Shown here piece after piece: positions 14,342-26,399 of a DNA stretch of 64,000 nt. Position 1 is the stretch's first letter. Each line of letters opens with the position of its first letter. The notes below the pieces were generated by a model, which saw only the letters and a program-made list of their open reading frames with translations, did no database searches and was not told the DNA's origin. Origin of the DNA: Vicugna vicugna (taxonomy: Eukaryota); the NCBI GenBank assembly GCA_013265495.1, contig MU057711.1:2120844-2184843 (forward strand), in the 5' to 3' direction. A program made the position numbers and the translations under genes.

Positions 14342-15229
14342 CTGAAGTAGTTAAATTCATAGAAGCATAAAGCAAAATGATGATTATTAAGGGCTAGGGG
14401 GAAGGAGAAAGAGGAGTTACTGTTTAATAGGTATAGGGTTTCAGTTCTGCAAGATGAAAAAGGTCTGGAGATCCGTCTCACAACAATACAAATAAACTGC
14501 ATACTTAAAAATGGTTAAGATGGCAATTTTTTTAAAAAAGGACATTCTGATACAGGATACAGGAATGGGGAGTTACTTTTTAATAAGTACAGAGATTCAG
14601 TCTGGAATCATGAAGTAGTTCTAGAGATGAAAGATAATGGTGGTTGCATAACAATGTGAACGTACTTAATGCCACTAAACTGTACTCTTGAAATGTACAG
14701 ATAAAATGGTAATTTTTGTTATGTATATTTTTATACAATAAGAAAAAAGAGAGATGAGAGACATCAACCAAATGTAATATGTAGACTTTATTTAGACCTC
14801 AATTAAAATAAACTGAATAATTGTATTAGATAATCAAGAAAATATAAACAGTGTCTAGATATTTGGTGGTAACAAACCATTGATTTGGAGGCATTGTACT
14901 AGCAAACACTGACTATCTTCCAGAAATACACATGAAAATGTTCACAGATAAAAATGTTCTCTGAGATTTGCTTCAAAATAATTTCAAACTGGAGTGGGAA
15001 GGGGACAGATGACACAAGATTGGCCAAGAGTCAGTACTTATTAGAATAAATAATGGGTACACACAGGTATATTACACTATTTTTCTACTTCAGTTTATGC
15101 TTGAAATTTTCCATAAGAAGAAATATTTTTTTAATGAATGGCATCTTAGAATCAACGAAAGAGAGGAACTGTGCTGGCCTATGATGGAGCAATGCTCTCA
15201 AGGGTTACTGAGGCCATGCATTCTAAATG

Positions 15230-15790
15230 GCCTGAATTAAGCAGAATGACCCGCAAAGACATCCACATCAGAATCTCCAAAGCCTGTGACTACATTAACT
15301 TACATGGCAAAAGGGACTTTGGACATGCGATTAAGGACATGGACCTTGAGATGGGGGCACTATACTGAATTACCTGCTCCAAAATGTAACCACATGAGTC
15401 CTTAAAAGTAGAGAACCTTTCCAGGCTGCAAGAGAGATGAGTTGAAAAAGGAGAAGAGATTTGAAACATGAAAGGGATATGCTATTGCTGGCTTTGAGAT
15501 GGAGGAAGGGCATCTCAAGCCAAGGAATGGCCCTCAGCTGACAGCCAGAAAGAAATGGAGACCTCAGTCCTACAACTGCAAGGAACTTAATTCTACCAAC
15601 ATTCTGAATGAGCAAAGAAACAACATTTTCTGCTATAGCCTCTCCAGAAAGGAATACAGCCTGCTGACACCTTGATTTTAGCCAGGTGAGACCATGATGC
15701 ACTTCTGACCTACAACACTGTGATGTAATAAACTCTTTAAAACTGCAAAATGTGTGATAATTTGATATGGCAGGAATGGAAAGCTAATGC
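15230..15790 (+). mobile_element. MaLR LTR (MLT1E-like)
   Basis: TTACATGGCAAAAGGGACTTTG...CCTCAGTCCTACAACTGCAAGGAACT...TTCTGACCTACAACACTGTGA. Confidence 0.8.
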
Positions 15791-17649
15791 ATGGTCCAAA
15801 ATGGATATGACTTTGAATGTTTCTGTCCGCTTTTTACATTTTTTTCTACTTTGCTTTGGCATAAGGCTATAGTCTACAACAGCTGCTTATTTATCACTGC
15901 AAATGGGCTACGAGAGGGAAAAGCAAATAAATATTCGCTCCTTCATCCAACACCAACTAGCTGACATCTGAGGAGTTCCTGCTCCGCACCAGGCAGGCAG
16001 GATAGTAGGCTACTCACTAGGGTTGTGATAGGTGCTAACCTAAGAGTCTGGTGTGCACACTCAGATCTATAGCAGTACCCGCACTGTCTTTATTTACAGG
16101 CACCCTAACTCCAGCCAACAGCAACCAGCCATGGGTCACATGCTGGGGGTAGCTGAGCTTAGCAGTTTCCTGCATAAATGGTACCAGCAACTTGCTGGTG
16201 CAGGATTCTTAAAGTGGGTCCAACACCAATAGCAGGAGTCACCTGGACTGCATACTTAAACAAGCAGCTCCCTGGGCCCCAGACCTTACAAAACAGCACA
16301 GATGGGGCCTGGGAAACGGCATAATTAAGTTCATCCAGTGACTCTTAGGTATCCTAAGGTAGGAAAAGCAAGGCCACAGTGGGGTAGAGGGCCCAACTCC
16401 AGCTCTCTGGGACTAACCAGGCTCTGTGTAAGGGCCACAGAGCCTGTAGGTAATGTATAAAAACAGGGAAGGAGGGGGAGAAAAGATGGTGCAAAGACCT
16501 GATCTATTTTGGCATTTGCAGAGGTGAAATGTGTAAGCAATTAAGTTTGCAGACTACCTTCCAACATGCAAAGTTTCCAACATCAAGAGTTTACTTTGTT
16601 TACAGATTTCTTCAGCAATATAACAAAAAACCTAAAGAACACATACCAAACTTAATAATGGAAAATGCTCAGGGGTAGGGTTATAGAGAATTTGCACTTT
16701 TTATACTACGTGTTTCAGTATTTGAATATTTAAAAACAAATATTTACCATAACACTCTGTGAGTCTGTAATTATTCTGAAATGAAAGTTTCATTACTTTT
16801 ACCATCATAAAAGATTTTAAAGGATATAGTTTTTCTAATTATATAAACTAAAATTGAAGTGAAATCAGCAAATTAAATCATTATATCTGCATTTATGTCT
16901 TCATCTAATTTTGCTCTTTTATCCTGGGATCACCTAAAAATCAAGACACAAACTTAAAGAATATTTCACTATACCTTTTAGCTACAGAAGGTCTTCCATA
17001 TTGTCCTCTATGAAGTCTGACCAATGACGACATCTTAAATCCTAGAAAAATAGTTTTCTTTTTTCAGTATTAAATTAGAAAATCATTTTTACAATAATAG
17101 CACAGTGAAACTTTTAAGTGGTAATGCTTGCTTCCAACGCCCACCTCACACCCCATTATACCAATTTTCAAGCAAACACAACAATGAAGATCAGCTAATC
17201 ACAGCACTCAGATAACCTCCCAACTCTATTTCTCTGCTAAAGAAAAAGTTCAAATCAATAAAACATCGAGGGAAGATGCAGGGAGCAGTGGCAGAAAGTC
17301 CCACAGACTGGATAACAGGACAAGAGACAAGCAGGAAAAAAAATCACAGTGGAAATATGTAATTAAAACAAACAAACATGAATTTTATTTCATTGTTTCA
17401 GTTCCACTTTGGTGTCTTCTGTCTTCCTTCAGAACTACGTGCAGCTTGGTAAGGAGCCATGGCAAAGTCAAACCACCACAAAACACTCTGTCTAAGGCCA
17501 GATTGGGGGCCAGCAGGGATTTTTTTTGTTTTCCCTTGATGAATTGATTTGTACATTGCCTACCTCCTAAGAGATGTCTAAGACTAACAGGCAGAAATAA
17601 TAAAGTGTCAAAATGAGTTAAAAAAAACACCAAATTAAGGAACTTTTTC

Positions 17650-18780
17650 ATTTTTTTAATCGATATAATTCACACACCATAAAATTCACCCTTTTAAACG
17701 TAAATTTTATGGTATTTTTTTTTAGTGCATTCATAAAGTTGTGCAACCATCACTACTTACCTAATTCCAGAACATTTTCCTCACCTTCAAAAAAAAAATC
17801 AGTAGTAGTCACTCTGTTCTCCCCTCTTCTCAGCCCCTGGCAACCACTAATGTACTTCTGGTCTCTATGGATTTGTGTATTCCAACATTTCATATAAATG
17901 GAATGTCCTCTTTTGTGTCAGACTTCTTTCACTTTGCATGTTTTCAGTGACTGAGTATGCATGTTGTGGGATCTATCAGTATTTTACTTCTTTTTATGGC
18001 TAAATAATATTCCATTGTGTGGATACATCATTTTTTTCATCCATTCACTAGTTGATAGTCATTTGGGTTGCTTTCACCTTTTGATTATTATGAACAATGC
18101 TACTATGAACATCTGTGTATACATTTTTGTGTGAAAATATGTTTTCAGTTCTCTTGGGAATATGCTTAGGGGTAGAATTGCATTGCTAGGTCATATGGTA
18201 ACTGTATGTTTAACTTTTTGAGAAACTGCCAGACAGTTGGCCACATCTGTGTCATTATTTTCCATTTCCACCAGTAATGTATGAGGGTTTCAATTCTTCC
18301 ACATCCTTGCCAAAACTTGTTATTGTCTGTTTTATCATTATTATTACTACCACCATCCTAATAGGTGCTAAGTGTTATCTCAACATTGTCTTGATTTGCA
18401 TTTCCCTACTGACTAATGATGCTGAGCATCTTTTCATGTGCTTATTGGCCATTTGTATATCTTCTTTAAAAAAATGTCTACTCAGATCCTTTGCCCATTT
18501 TTCAACTGGGTTATCAATCTTCTTGTTGTTGAATGGTAAGAGTTCTTTATATATTCTGGATACTAGACCCATTTCAGATATATAACTTCAAATATTCTTT
18601 CCCATTCTGCGGTTGCCTTTGCACTTTCTTGAGAGTTTCCTTTGGAAAACAAAAGTATTCAATTTTGATGAAGTCCAGTTTATCTACTTTTTCTTCAGCT
18701 GATTGTGTTTTAGGTGTCATAGCTAAGAAACCACTGTCTAACCCAAGATCATGAAGACTTACATGTATGTTTTCTTAACT
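17650..18780 (-). mobile_element. L1MB-like 3' fragment
   Basis: ORF 18375..18572(-) is an L1 ORF2 C-terminal peptide; typical 3'UTR motifs. Confidence 0.85.
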
Positions 18781-19924
18781 TAAATTTTGCTCTTAAGTTA
18801 AAATAGCTATAATGCAGAATACAGGGGGAAAGTCTTTTTAAGGTCCTTGTTGCCTGAGCACAGTACCCACTTTTTAAATTGTCTTCTCACTCCATCTACC
18901 TAGTAGTTCCTGGGAAATTTGGAGCCAGCCCACAGGGCCTTGGCACAGGCTGTGACCTCCACCAGGAATGCCCACCCACTCACCACCCTCCATTCATACC
19001 TCCTTGCCCTTCCTTCAACTCATTTTCTTTTCCTCAGGGAAGCCTTCTTGGCCTCCTTGACAAGTCAGGGCACTTCCTTCCCTGAGATCACACTATAACA
19101 AGTTTCACGTACCTCTCCCTTGTACTTACCATACTTGTAATTTTACATTTACTTGTGTGGCTATTTAATTAACATTGTCTCTCCCACTGGACTTAATGCT
19201 CCATGAAGAGAAAGACATGCCTATTTCTTTGTTCACCATATTATTTCAGTGCCAAATGCAGCACCTGGCACACAGTAGCCACTCAATAAAGCATTTGTTG
19301 GTTGACTAGATGAACAAATACAGTTCAACGAGCAAAATGAAGGGTCATGTGCAAAGATTCTTTTCAGGAGACAAAAAGGAACACAAGTGCGAGTGAGGGA
19401 AATCAGAATGCTTCCTGGAAAAGATGACACCTGAGTTAATCTTAAGCAGCAATCTTCAAATTGGGTACGTGAACTTCGGGACAGGAAGATGTTCTGTGGA
19501 GTTCATGAACATGGATACGTTGAAGATAATCAATTTCAAACCCTCCATTTCCATATGCACTTCTTCCCAAATGGACCTGATGTTAACAGGCTGAGAAAAA
19601 GGCCTGTGATCTCCTTTTCCCTCTCCTCCTGTACAGCTGCCTTATCCTACTATACAAAAACAAAAACCAAAAAACCCCACTTCTCATCACCTAGAATCTT
19701 ACTCCAATGCATCATGCCAGTGTAAAAACTTAAGGAAAAGATTAAAGAAAGAAGGGAAGGCAGAACTAAGCAAAGAATTTCAACAAGAGATACTGAAGGA
19801 AACAGAGCCTTATTTCATCCAATTCCCAGGACGGCTCCAAGTGTCATCCATCTTAGAAGACTGGACAAGACGTTCATCATAGGGATGGAAGCTACCAAGT
19901 CTGTTTGATTAAAAATAAGGTTGC

Positions 19925-21720
19925 CACACCACACACAAAATTAACAAAAAATGGATCACAGACATAAGTGAAAGAGCCAAAAGTATAAAACTCCTGGAAG
20001 AAAACACAGGAGTAAATATTCACAGCCTTTGTAGAGGAAGATTACTTACATATGGCACCACTGAAGCAACATTTTAAAATTATCTTCAAAAGACACCATT
20101 AAGAAAATGTTTGTAAATCGTGTATCTGATAAAGAACTTGTATTTAGTACAGATAGAGAACTCTTAGGATTCAATAACAAAATGACAAATAGCCCATTTT
20201 TTTTAAATGGGCAAAGGATTTAAGCAGATATTTCTTCAAAAAAGTTAACACACATGAAAAGGTGCTCTACATTATCAGTTATGGGGAAAACGCAAATCAC
20301 AACCACAAAGATATCATCACACCTATAAGGATGTCTGCTATCAAAAACACAGAAAATGACAAATGTTGGTAAGAGCACAGAGAGACTGGAACCCTTGCAC
20401 ACTGTTGGTGGGCAGGTAAAATGGTGTACTGCACAACAATATGGCAGTTCCTCAAAAAATTAAAAACAGAATTACCATATGACCTACCAATTCCACTTCT
20501 GGGTAAGTATCCAAAAGAACTGAAAGCAGGGTCCGGAAGAGAGATTTGTACACTCACGTTCATAGCACCATTAGTCACAACAGCCAAGAGGTAGAAGCAA
20601 TCCCTGTGTCCACTGATGGATGAATGGATCAACAGAAAGTAGTTAATATATATATAGTGGAATTTTTTCAGCCTTAAAAAGGAAGGAAATTCTGACACGT
20701 GTGACAACATGCATGAATCTTGAGGATATTACACTAACTGAAATAAGCTAGTCACAAAAGGACAAATACTGCATGAACCCACTTACATGAGGTACCTACA
20801 GTAGTCCAAATCATAGAAAGAAAAAGTAAAATGGTGGTTGCCAGGAGCTGGAGGAAGAGGGAAATGGGGAGCTGTTTAATGGGTAAGGAATTTCAGTATT
20901 ATAAGATGAAAAGGCCCTGGAGAATGGTTGCACAATGAAGTGAATATACTTTACACTACTAAAAATGGTTAATATGGCAAATTTTATGTCGTGTGATTTA
21001 CCACAATTTTTTGAAAATCACAGTGAGATATCACTTCACACCTACTAGGATGGATACAATTGAAAGGGGAAGTGTTGGTGGAGACGTGAAGAAACTGGAA
21101 CTCTCATAAAATGCTGGTGGGAATGTAAGATGGTGCAGTCACTTTGGAAAGCAGTTTGGCAGGTTCTTCAAAAGTTAAACATAAATTTACCATATGACCC
21201 AGCAATTCAACCCGTCTACCTAAGAGAAATGAAGCATATGTCCACATAAAGACTCATATGTGAAAGTTCATAGGAATGTTATTCACAACAGCCAAAAAAT
21301 GGAAATAATTCAAATGTCTATCAGCAGGCAAATGGATAAAGAGAAAAAATATGTGGTATATTCATACAATGAAATAGTATTCAGCAGTAAAAAGAAGTAC
21401 TGATATGTGCTACCACAAGAATGGACCTCAAAAACTTTATGCTAAGTGAAAGCCAGTCACAAAAGACTATACATTATATGATGATTCCTTTTATATGACA
21501 TATCTAGAAAATGTGAATTCATAGAAACAGAAACCAGATCATTGGTTGCCTGGGGTGGAATGAGGAGTGACTGAAAATGAGTACAGGGCATCTTTCTGAT
21601 GTCACAGAAATGTTCTAAAATTGACTGAAGTAACGGTTTATGGAAGTTCACTAAAAATCATTAAACTTAAAATGAGTGAATTGTATGGTGTGTAAATTAT
21701 ACCTCAATAAGCTGTATTTT
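19925..21720 (+). mobile_element. Nested L1M 3' ends (at least two elements)
   Basis: Two successive 3' ends (~20280-21015 and ~21015-21715) ending TTATACCTCAATAAG. Confidence 0.8.
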
Positions 21721-22879
21721 AACAATGAAATCAGACTTCCGGTTTGGAAACTGAGGCCCAATTTGGGTAATTAGGTGTTCTGCCAGACAATTTCCATTAA
21801 CTAAATGAGCCTAATTTGCAGCTCCTAGATTTTGCTCAAAATGTAGTTAAAACATGCATATAATAAACACAGGGGAGAATATCCTCTGTAACTCTTTAGA
21901 AGTCTAAGGGAAAATATTCCAGCTGTCAACTTAACAAATGTGCAAGAGGGAAATTCGTTTTTCCACCATTAGCTTTGGGACAGGGTTACTTGACCAGCCT
22001 GTCTCGGGAATCAGCAAAATGAAATCTCACCCTACAAGATAGTTGTCACCCACCAGAAAGCAAGTACCGTGGATTCCAGTGCATTCTCGACACTAACTGA
22101 AGGTGGCACTAGAAAGCCAACACAGAATTGCCGGTGGCCTCTGGCCTGCTCTCATTCCTCCATTAAGGGAGAGCCACGGCACAAGGCATTTACCTTGCAA
22201 AACAGTCTTGGTCTCTATTGCCCTGGGACTGGGACAAAGCTGAACTACAAAGATGACCAAAAAAGAGTAAATCTCAGTTTGAGGCTTTCAAGATCCAACG
22301 CTTTCAAAGGTAATACTGACCTTAATTGCTTTTTCCCAGGCACTGAGCTCCTAAACAAGACCCAACCCTGCTATACTTGTTCAAATGCCTCTTTCAGACC
22401 AAGGGCAGAACTGTCCTGATGACCCCTCTACCCGCAGCCTAGGGAACGCTGGCTTCGGACTTCTCCACCCAGACACTGAGTATAAGGGATAAAGGGTGAG
22501 CAAAGGTAACAGAACTGTCCTGCCTTCCTGGGAAAAAATTATTAACAAACATTAAGCAGTCAAAACAGTAATTAATCACGGAAGCACAATCACAACTGTG
22601 TGGTAACGGGCAAGGAAACAGAGGCAGGAGGGTAGTGGTGCAACAGGAGGACATCTGTGCTCTAAACCGCTATCCATATTAACGTCTTTAAATACCAAAA
22701 GATCCTACAAGGTAAATTCTGTTACAGTCCCATTATAGCGAAGAGAAAAACGGAGGCACAGAGAGGTAAAGGAACTTGCTCAGGGTCACACAACTCTTAA
22801 GCAATCCACCCAGACGCATATGTTGGCCTGACTCCAGAAGCCTGGTATAATCCCCATATTGTAAACCTCAGTAAATACC

Positions 22880-23480
22880 GGAGGAAGGATTGACTGGAGA
22901 CAACCACAGCGGACGAGCAAGAGCAGTTCTCCCAAGGAGTAAAGGAGCAGCGCGCGGAGGAAACGCTGATCCAGACAGCACCGACTTTCACTTGATGAGG
23001 TCTCGCCTAGGTGGGAAGGCCAAGGGGACCCGCCAGGAGGCTGTAAGAGGGGCCCTGAGCGGCTGGTGGAGCTTCCCGAATTCGTTCCGCGGCAACACGT
23101 CCAACTCACCTGTACACTTCCCAGCTGGGTAAACAGCCCTCCAAGGAGCCGGAATTCTGAGGCGCTGGCCCGACCTGGGCCTCCGAGAGCTCCCAGCCTT
23201 TATGCCACCAGGGGCGCAGGGGCTCGCTGCAGTAAGGCCCGCCCAGGCCCGTCTGCCCTGGGTGGGAGTTTTTACCTGGCCGCAGTGTTTCTAGGGTTCC
23301 CTCAAGCCCCCTCCGCGTTCCCCTTCCCCCCAGCTTCTCCACTCCCACCTTGCCCTGCGCGCCTCTGGCCCCGCCCCCAGCAGGCCCCGCCCACCGAGCC
23401 TGTCCCGGCCGGCAGCACTGGCGACCAACCACGCCCCCTGCCGGTGGGGAGGTGCTGGCCGGCGCACCGCTTTGCTCACT
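22880..23480 (-). promoter_or_regulatory. Orphan CpG island, putative minus-strand promoter with a non-coding first exon
   Basis: CpG-rich; CCCCGCCC boxes at ~23369 and ~23385; minus-strand CATAAA at 23204-23199; minus-strand donor CAG|GTGAGT at 23110/23109. Confidence 0.6.
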
Positions 23481-25139
23481 GTTCTTTTCCCTCTCGTGTT
23501 CAGTTTTCCTTTCGTTTTCCCAGTCACCCCTTTCCCACCCCTTCCTCTCTCTCTTTTTTTTGTCTTTCATTTTTTTCAATCATTCTTTCATTCAACAAGT
23601 GTTTGTGTTGTGCCAAAAACTGTTCAAAACGTTGGGGATAAGGCAAAGAAGACAAAATTTCTGTACCCGTTAGCAAATATTCTAGTAGAGGAAGAGGACA
23701 ATAAACCAATGGCTTTCGAACTTCTTTTTTATCGCCACCCACAATATATTTTACATTACTTTCCAGTACACAGAGATACATACATATATATGAAACTGAA
23801 ACTCAAGTTCCGCAAAACAATACTTACCTTGAAGAATGTCTGCATCTCAAAAGATAACCAGAAAACCTGCTACCAAGGCAAGCTAACTTTCTTAGACTTG
23901 GTGCAGTAATGGAGAACCCCACCTTGACAATCTGAGTAGGGGGAGGTGAGGAAAGGAAACTTTTAGAGTTGATGTCTAGACTCAGGTAGTTCAAAGCAGG
24001 GCTTGCAAGACAGGAATCAATTGGGACTGGGCAAGTGTCATGACTTAATATTTTAGGATGGGTGAACACAGTAAGGCAAAGGACTTAAAGCAAGTTTCAT
24101 AGGTAAAACTGCTATTTGATAGACAAGCTGATTTCCAAGATGACCGATTCAGATGGAGATTCTGATGGGACAGCCCATCCAGCAAACTGTCCAGATAAAC
24201 AGGCTTGAACAAAATCCCTAAACTAAACAGGTAAGTTATTTAATGTTTTACAGCCTTAACTTACTGAGCACAGCATCATTTTTGCTGTATTCTACAGTCC
24301 AAAGCAATAGTAGCAAACTCAAAAGAACAGAACACAGACTCCACCTCTTGATGTAAGCAATGTCTAAATCCCCCACACTTGAGTTACTTGGAAAATAAGT
24401 TCTTTCTTCTGAGCTAAAGAAAGAAGAGGGATCAGGAAGGCTGCATTGACTGGCTAGGCATTGCAGTTAAACTTTCCATCTGTCACGGAAACCTAAATGT
24501 AGATTTTCCTGCACTTTTGATGCCAATCTTGAGTCTCAAGTTTGGATCTAGTCTCCTTAAATATTTTTTTCCTTTTCTGCAAATCACATAGAAGATGAGT
24601 TTTAGGCTGGCGTTCCTCAGGCCTATGGTTATATTCACTTTCAAAGAAGTTATTAGGTCTTTCCCCCCAGGTTCTTGTCTCTGAAAGAGTGTTTTACTTG
24701 TTCTGGCTATGGAATGAAGAAAAATGGGGAGTAACCAGCCTACAAAGCAAAATAAAAACATACATTGCAGTCAGGGGTTTTTTTGGGGGGGGGCTATTAA
24801 ATGAGCTATTTGTAACCAGGTATTAATATCATATCCAGAAATAACCAACAGAACTCATAAACCTAGAAAAAAAATGGACATAAAAGCAATTCTTTCTCTC
24901 TTTACATTACAGTATATGGACAGAGAATAAAGAGCAGAATGACTAGAATAAGCCAAGAAAGATCTAAAGAACTAAGTAAGGAAGGTCAGGTGAGGTGCTG
25001 ACTCAGAATTTTGTATAGAAGCCGTCTATTCTGCATGGTGTCCACTTGATCTGATGGTCACACAGTAGCTATCTTTCTTCCCATATTGTTTGTCTTTAGG
25101 GGAATCTGGGAGTCCTCCGATGGTAGTCTTAGTGTTAAA

Positions 25140-25550
25140 GGGTAATGAATGGATCAACAAAATGGAGTATATACATACAGTGGAATAGTATTCACTCTTA
25201 AAAAGGAAAGAAATTCTGATATATGCTATGAGATGGATGAACCTTGAGTTTATTATGCTAAGCGACATGAGTCAGTGACAAAAAGACAAACATTGTATGA
25301 TTCCACTTGTATGAAGTACCCAGAGTAGTCAAAATCATAGAGATAGAAAATAGGATGGTGGTTGCCAGGAGCTGGGGGAATAGGGAGTTATGTTTCAATG
25401 AGTACAGAGTTTCAGTTTTGCAAGATGAAAAGGATTCTAGAGATGGATGGCTGTGACAACCATGAGAATATCCTTAAATGCACCAGAACCGTACACCTAA
25501 AAATGGTCAAAATAGTAAATTTTATGTATATTTTATGGCAATTTAAAAAT
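25140..25550 (+). mobile_element. L1MB-like 3' end
   Basis: GAATGGATCAACAAAATG...GATGGTGGTTGCCAGGAGCTGG...TTTCAGTTTTGCAAGATGAAAA. Confidence 0.8.
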
Positions 25551-25979
25551 CTTTTTTTTTTAAGAAAACCCAAAAAGGTGTTAAAGAGTCTATCCCTGAT
25601 TATCTTCAGATTATCTTTTACCTTTCTTGCTTGTGTGTCAAGATATGAATCCAATCTATTTTCACAGGAAATACTCTCTAGAACCCTTCTGTCAAACACC
25701 TGCAGCTTGAGAAAACCCTCTGAATTCCTACACAATTCGGGCTCTCTTAGGTCACCCCCCGGGGTCTTCCCACGATAAATTTTCTACCCAATTTTTTGCA
25801 GCCCAACTTCTAACTAACATACAAACCAATCGATACAGATCATGAAGCCCTGGACTATGTGGACTGCATGTTTCCTGAACTACTCGAAATCCATCTGTAA
25901 GGTCTTTTTCCTTTTTATAGCTTTAACCTTTTATTCCTTTGGCACACAAAATGAATCTACCTGCTTTCAGTGAGGGTTG

Positions 25980-26299
25980 TTTTTTTTTAATTTTTAAATT
26001 GTGGTAAAATACACATAACACAAAATTTGCCACCTTAATGATTTTTAATTACACAGTTCAGTGGTATTAAGTACATTCATGTTGCCATGTGACCGTCACT
26101 GCCATCCATTGCCAGAACTCTTTCTACTTTCTGTCTCTGATTTTGACCACTCCAGGTGCTTCACAGAAGTGGAATCATACAATGTTTGTCATTTTGTGAC
26201 TGGCTCCTTTCACATAGCATAGTGGCCTCAAGGTTCATCCATGTCGTAGCATGTATCGGAATGTCCATCTTTTTTAAGGCTCAATAATATTGCACAGTG
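25980..26299 (-). mobile_element. L1MB-like 3' end
   Basis: TTGTGGTAAAATACACATAACACAAAATTTGCC...AAGTGGAATCATACA. Confidence 0.8.
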
Positions 26300-26399
26300 T
26301 GTTATGGACGGAATGTTCATATTCCTCCCAAATTCATACATTGAAGCCCTAACCCCCATGATGGCTGTGTTTGGAGAGAGGTCCTTTAAGGAAGTAACT

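Larger units (their letters stand above)
10059..14755 (+). mobile_element. Degenerate L1 (L1MA/MB-like) ORF2 and 3' end, inserted in an older L1M 3' UTR and itself interrupted
   Basis: ORF2 remnants ([39 protein letters not shown]); TSD-like AAGAGAAATCAACCA (10044-10058) / GAGAGACATCAACCA (14756-14770). Confidence 0.88.

Noticed and set aside
17385..17651. 88-aa minus-strand ORF and an overlapping plus-strand exon-like segment (tttcag|...TTG|gtaagg)
   Set aside because: No recognisable homology and no partner exons identified
22786..23909. Cluster of long overlapping ORFs (up to 191 aa) on both strands
   Set aside because: Low-complexity Pro/Gly/Ala/Phe peptides expected from GC-rich and T-rich DNA; no recognisable domain
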